Below, in pieces: positions 63,481 through 64,000 of a stretch of 64,000 nt of DNA. Under the pieces are notes generated by a model, which saw only the letters and a list, made by a program, of their open reading frames with translations, ran no database searches and was not told the origin of the DNA. Numbering within the stretch: position 1 is the first letter of the stretch; the number at the start of each line of letters is the position of its first letter. The DNA is from Octopus sinensis (lineage: Eukaryota). The translations under genes and the position numbers were made by a program. The stretch lies in contig NC_043014.1 of NCBI RefSeq assembly GCF_006345805.1, positions 21,266,001-21,330,000 of the forward strand. Direction: 5' to 3'.

Positions 63481-64000
63481 CTTCGAACGTTGAGATCTTT
63501 GCGTATGGTTTTCTCCTAGATTCATTACACCTAGTCAGGATCCAATTAAAGCATACGTAGCACAGATAACTGGATTCTTAAAACTGCAACACCCTTCGGG
63601 CCGTCCGCCATAACAACAGCTATTTATCTCTGCTCTATAATATACTCATAACTTGTTTGCGACTTTAATGGAAACAAATGATGTAGGTAATCTTGAATGT
63701 TAAACAGAGTTAAAGCTTTTAACCGTAATACAACTGAGATTTCGTTTCCTCTTTCCTTTTCATTTTTGTTCGCCATTTTGTTTCCCATCTCCTTTCTTCC
63801 TTTCTATCCTTGCTTCTTTCCGTCTTCCTTTCTTATTTTCTTTCTTTCTCTTTAATCTTTTTTGCTCTGTTTTGTTTTGTGTTGTTTCGTATCTTTTTTT
63901 TTCTTTCGTTTCATTACCACTCTTTTCGATTCTTTTCTTTCATGTTTTTCGTTTCTTTTTCGGATTTCTTCTATCATCCTTTCCACTACACACTCTCTAC

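Overview
AT-rich, microsatellite-saturated animal genomic DNA. The SINE family and repeat landscape suggest an octopus genome (inference). The only host gene visible is the last coding exon of a Bsx/bsh-type homeobox gene (82-402, +). The remaining ~63 kb is intergenic and filled with transposons: many tRNA-derived SINEs, CR1-, RTE- and Tx1-like LINE fragments, Penelope-like elements (PLEs), Tc1/mariner, hAT, Chapaev-like and Helitron-like DNA elements. Two linked observations stand out. (1) About a dozen type I hammerhead-ribozyme (HHR) motifs from at least 8 sequence families can be folded by eye, mostly in fold-back repeats; one lies in a 367-bp tandem, retrozyme-like unit. (2) A family of ORF1-only (half-LINE) retroelements encodes a Tx1/L1-ORF1-like protein with a CCHC knuckle and an extra conserved C-terminal domain. 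One copy is intact (447 aa, 9-bp TSD) and sits between two hammerheads, so self-cleavage would release a 2109-nt protein-coding RNA monomer. Another copy shares its 3' end with a Tx1-like ORF2 fragment in the same window. All folds and alignments were done by eye; no database search was run.
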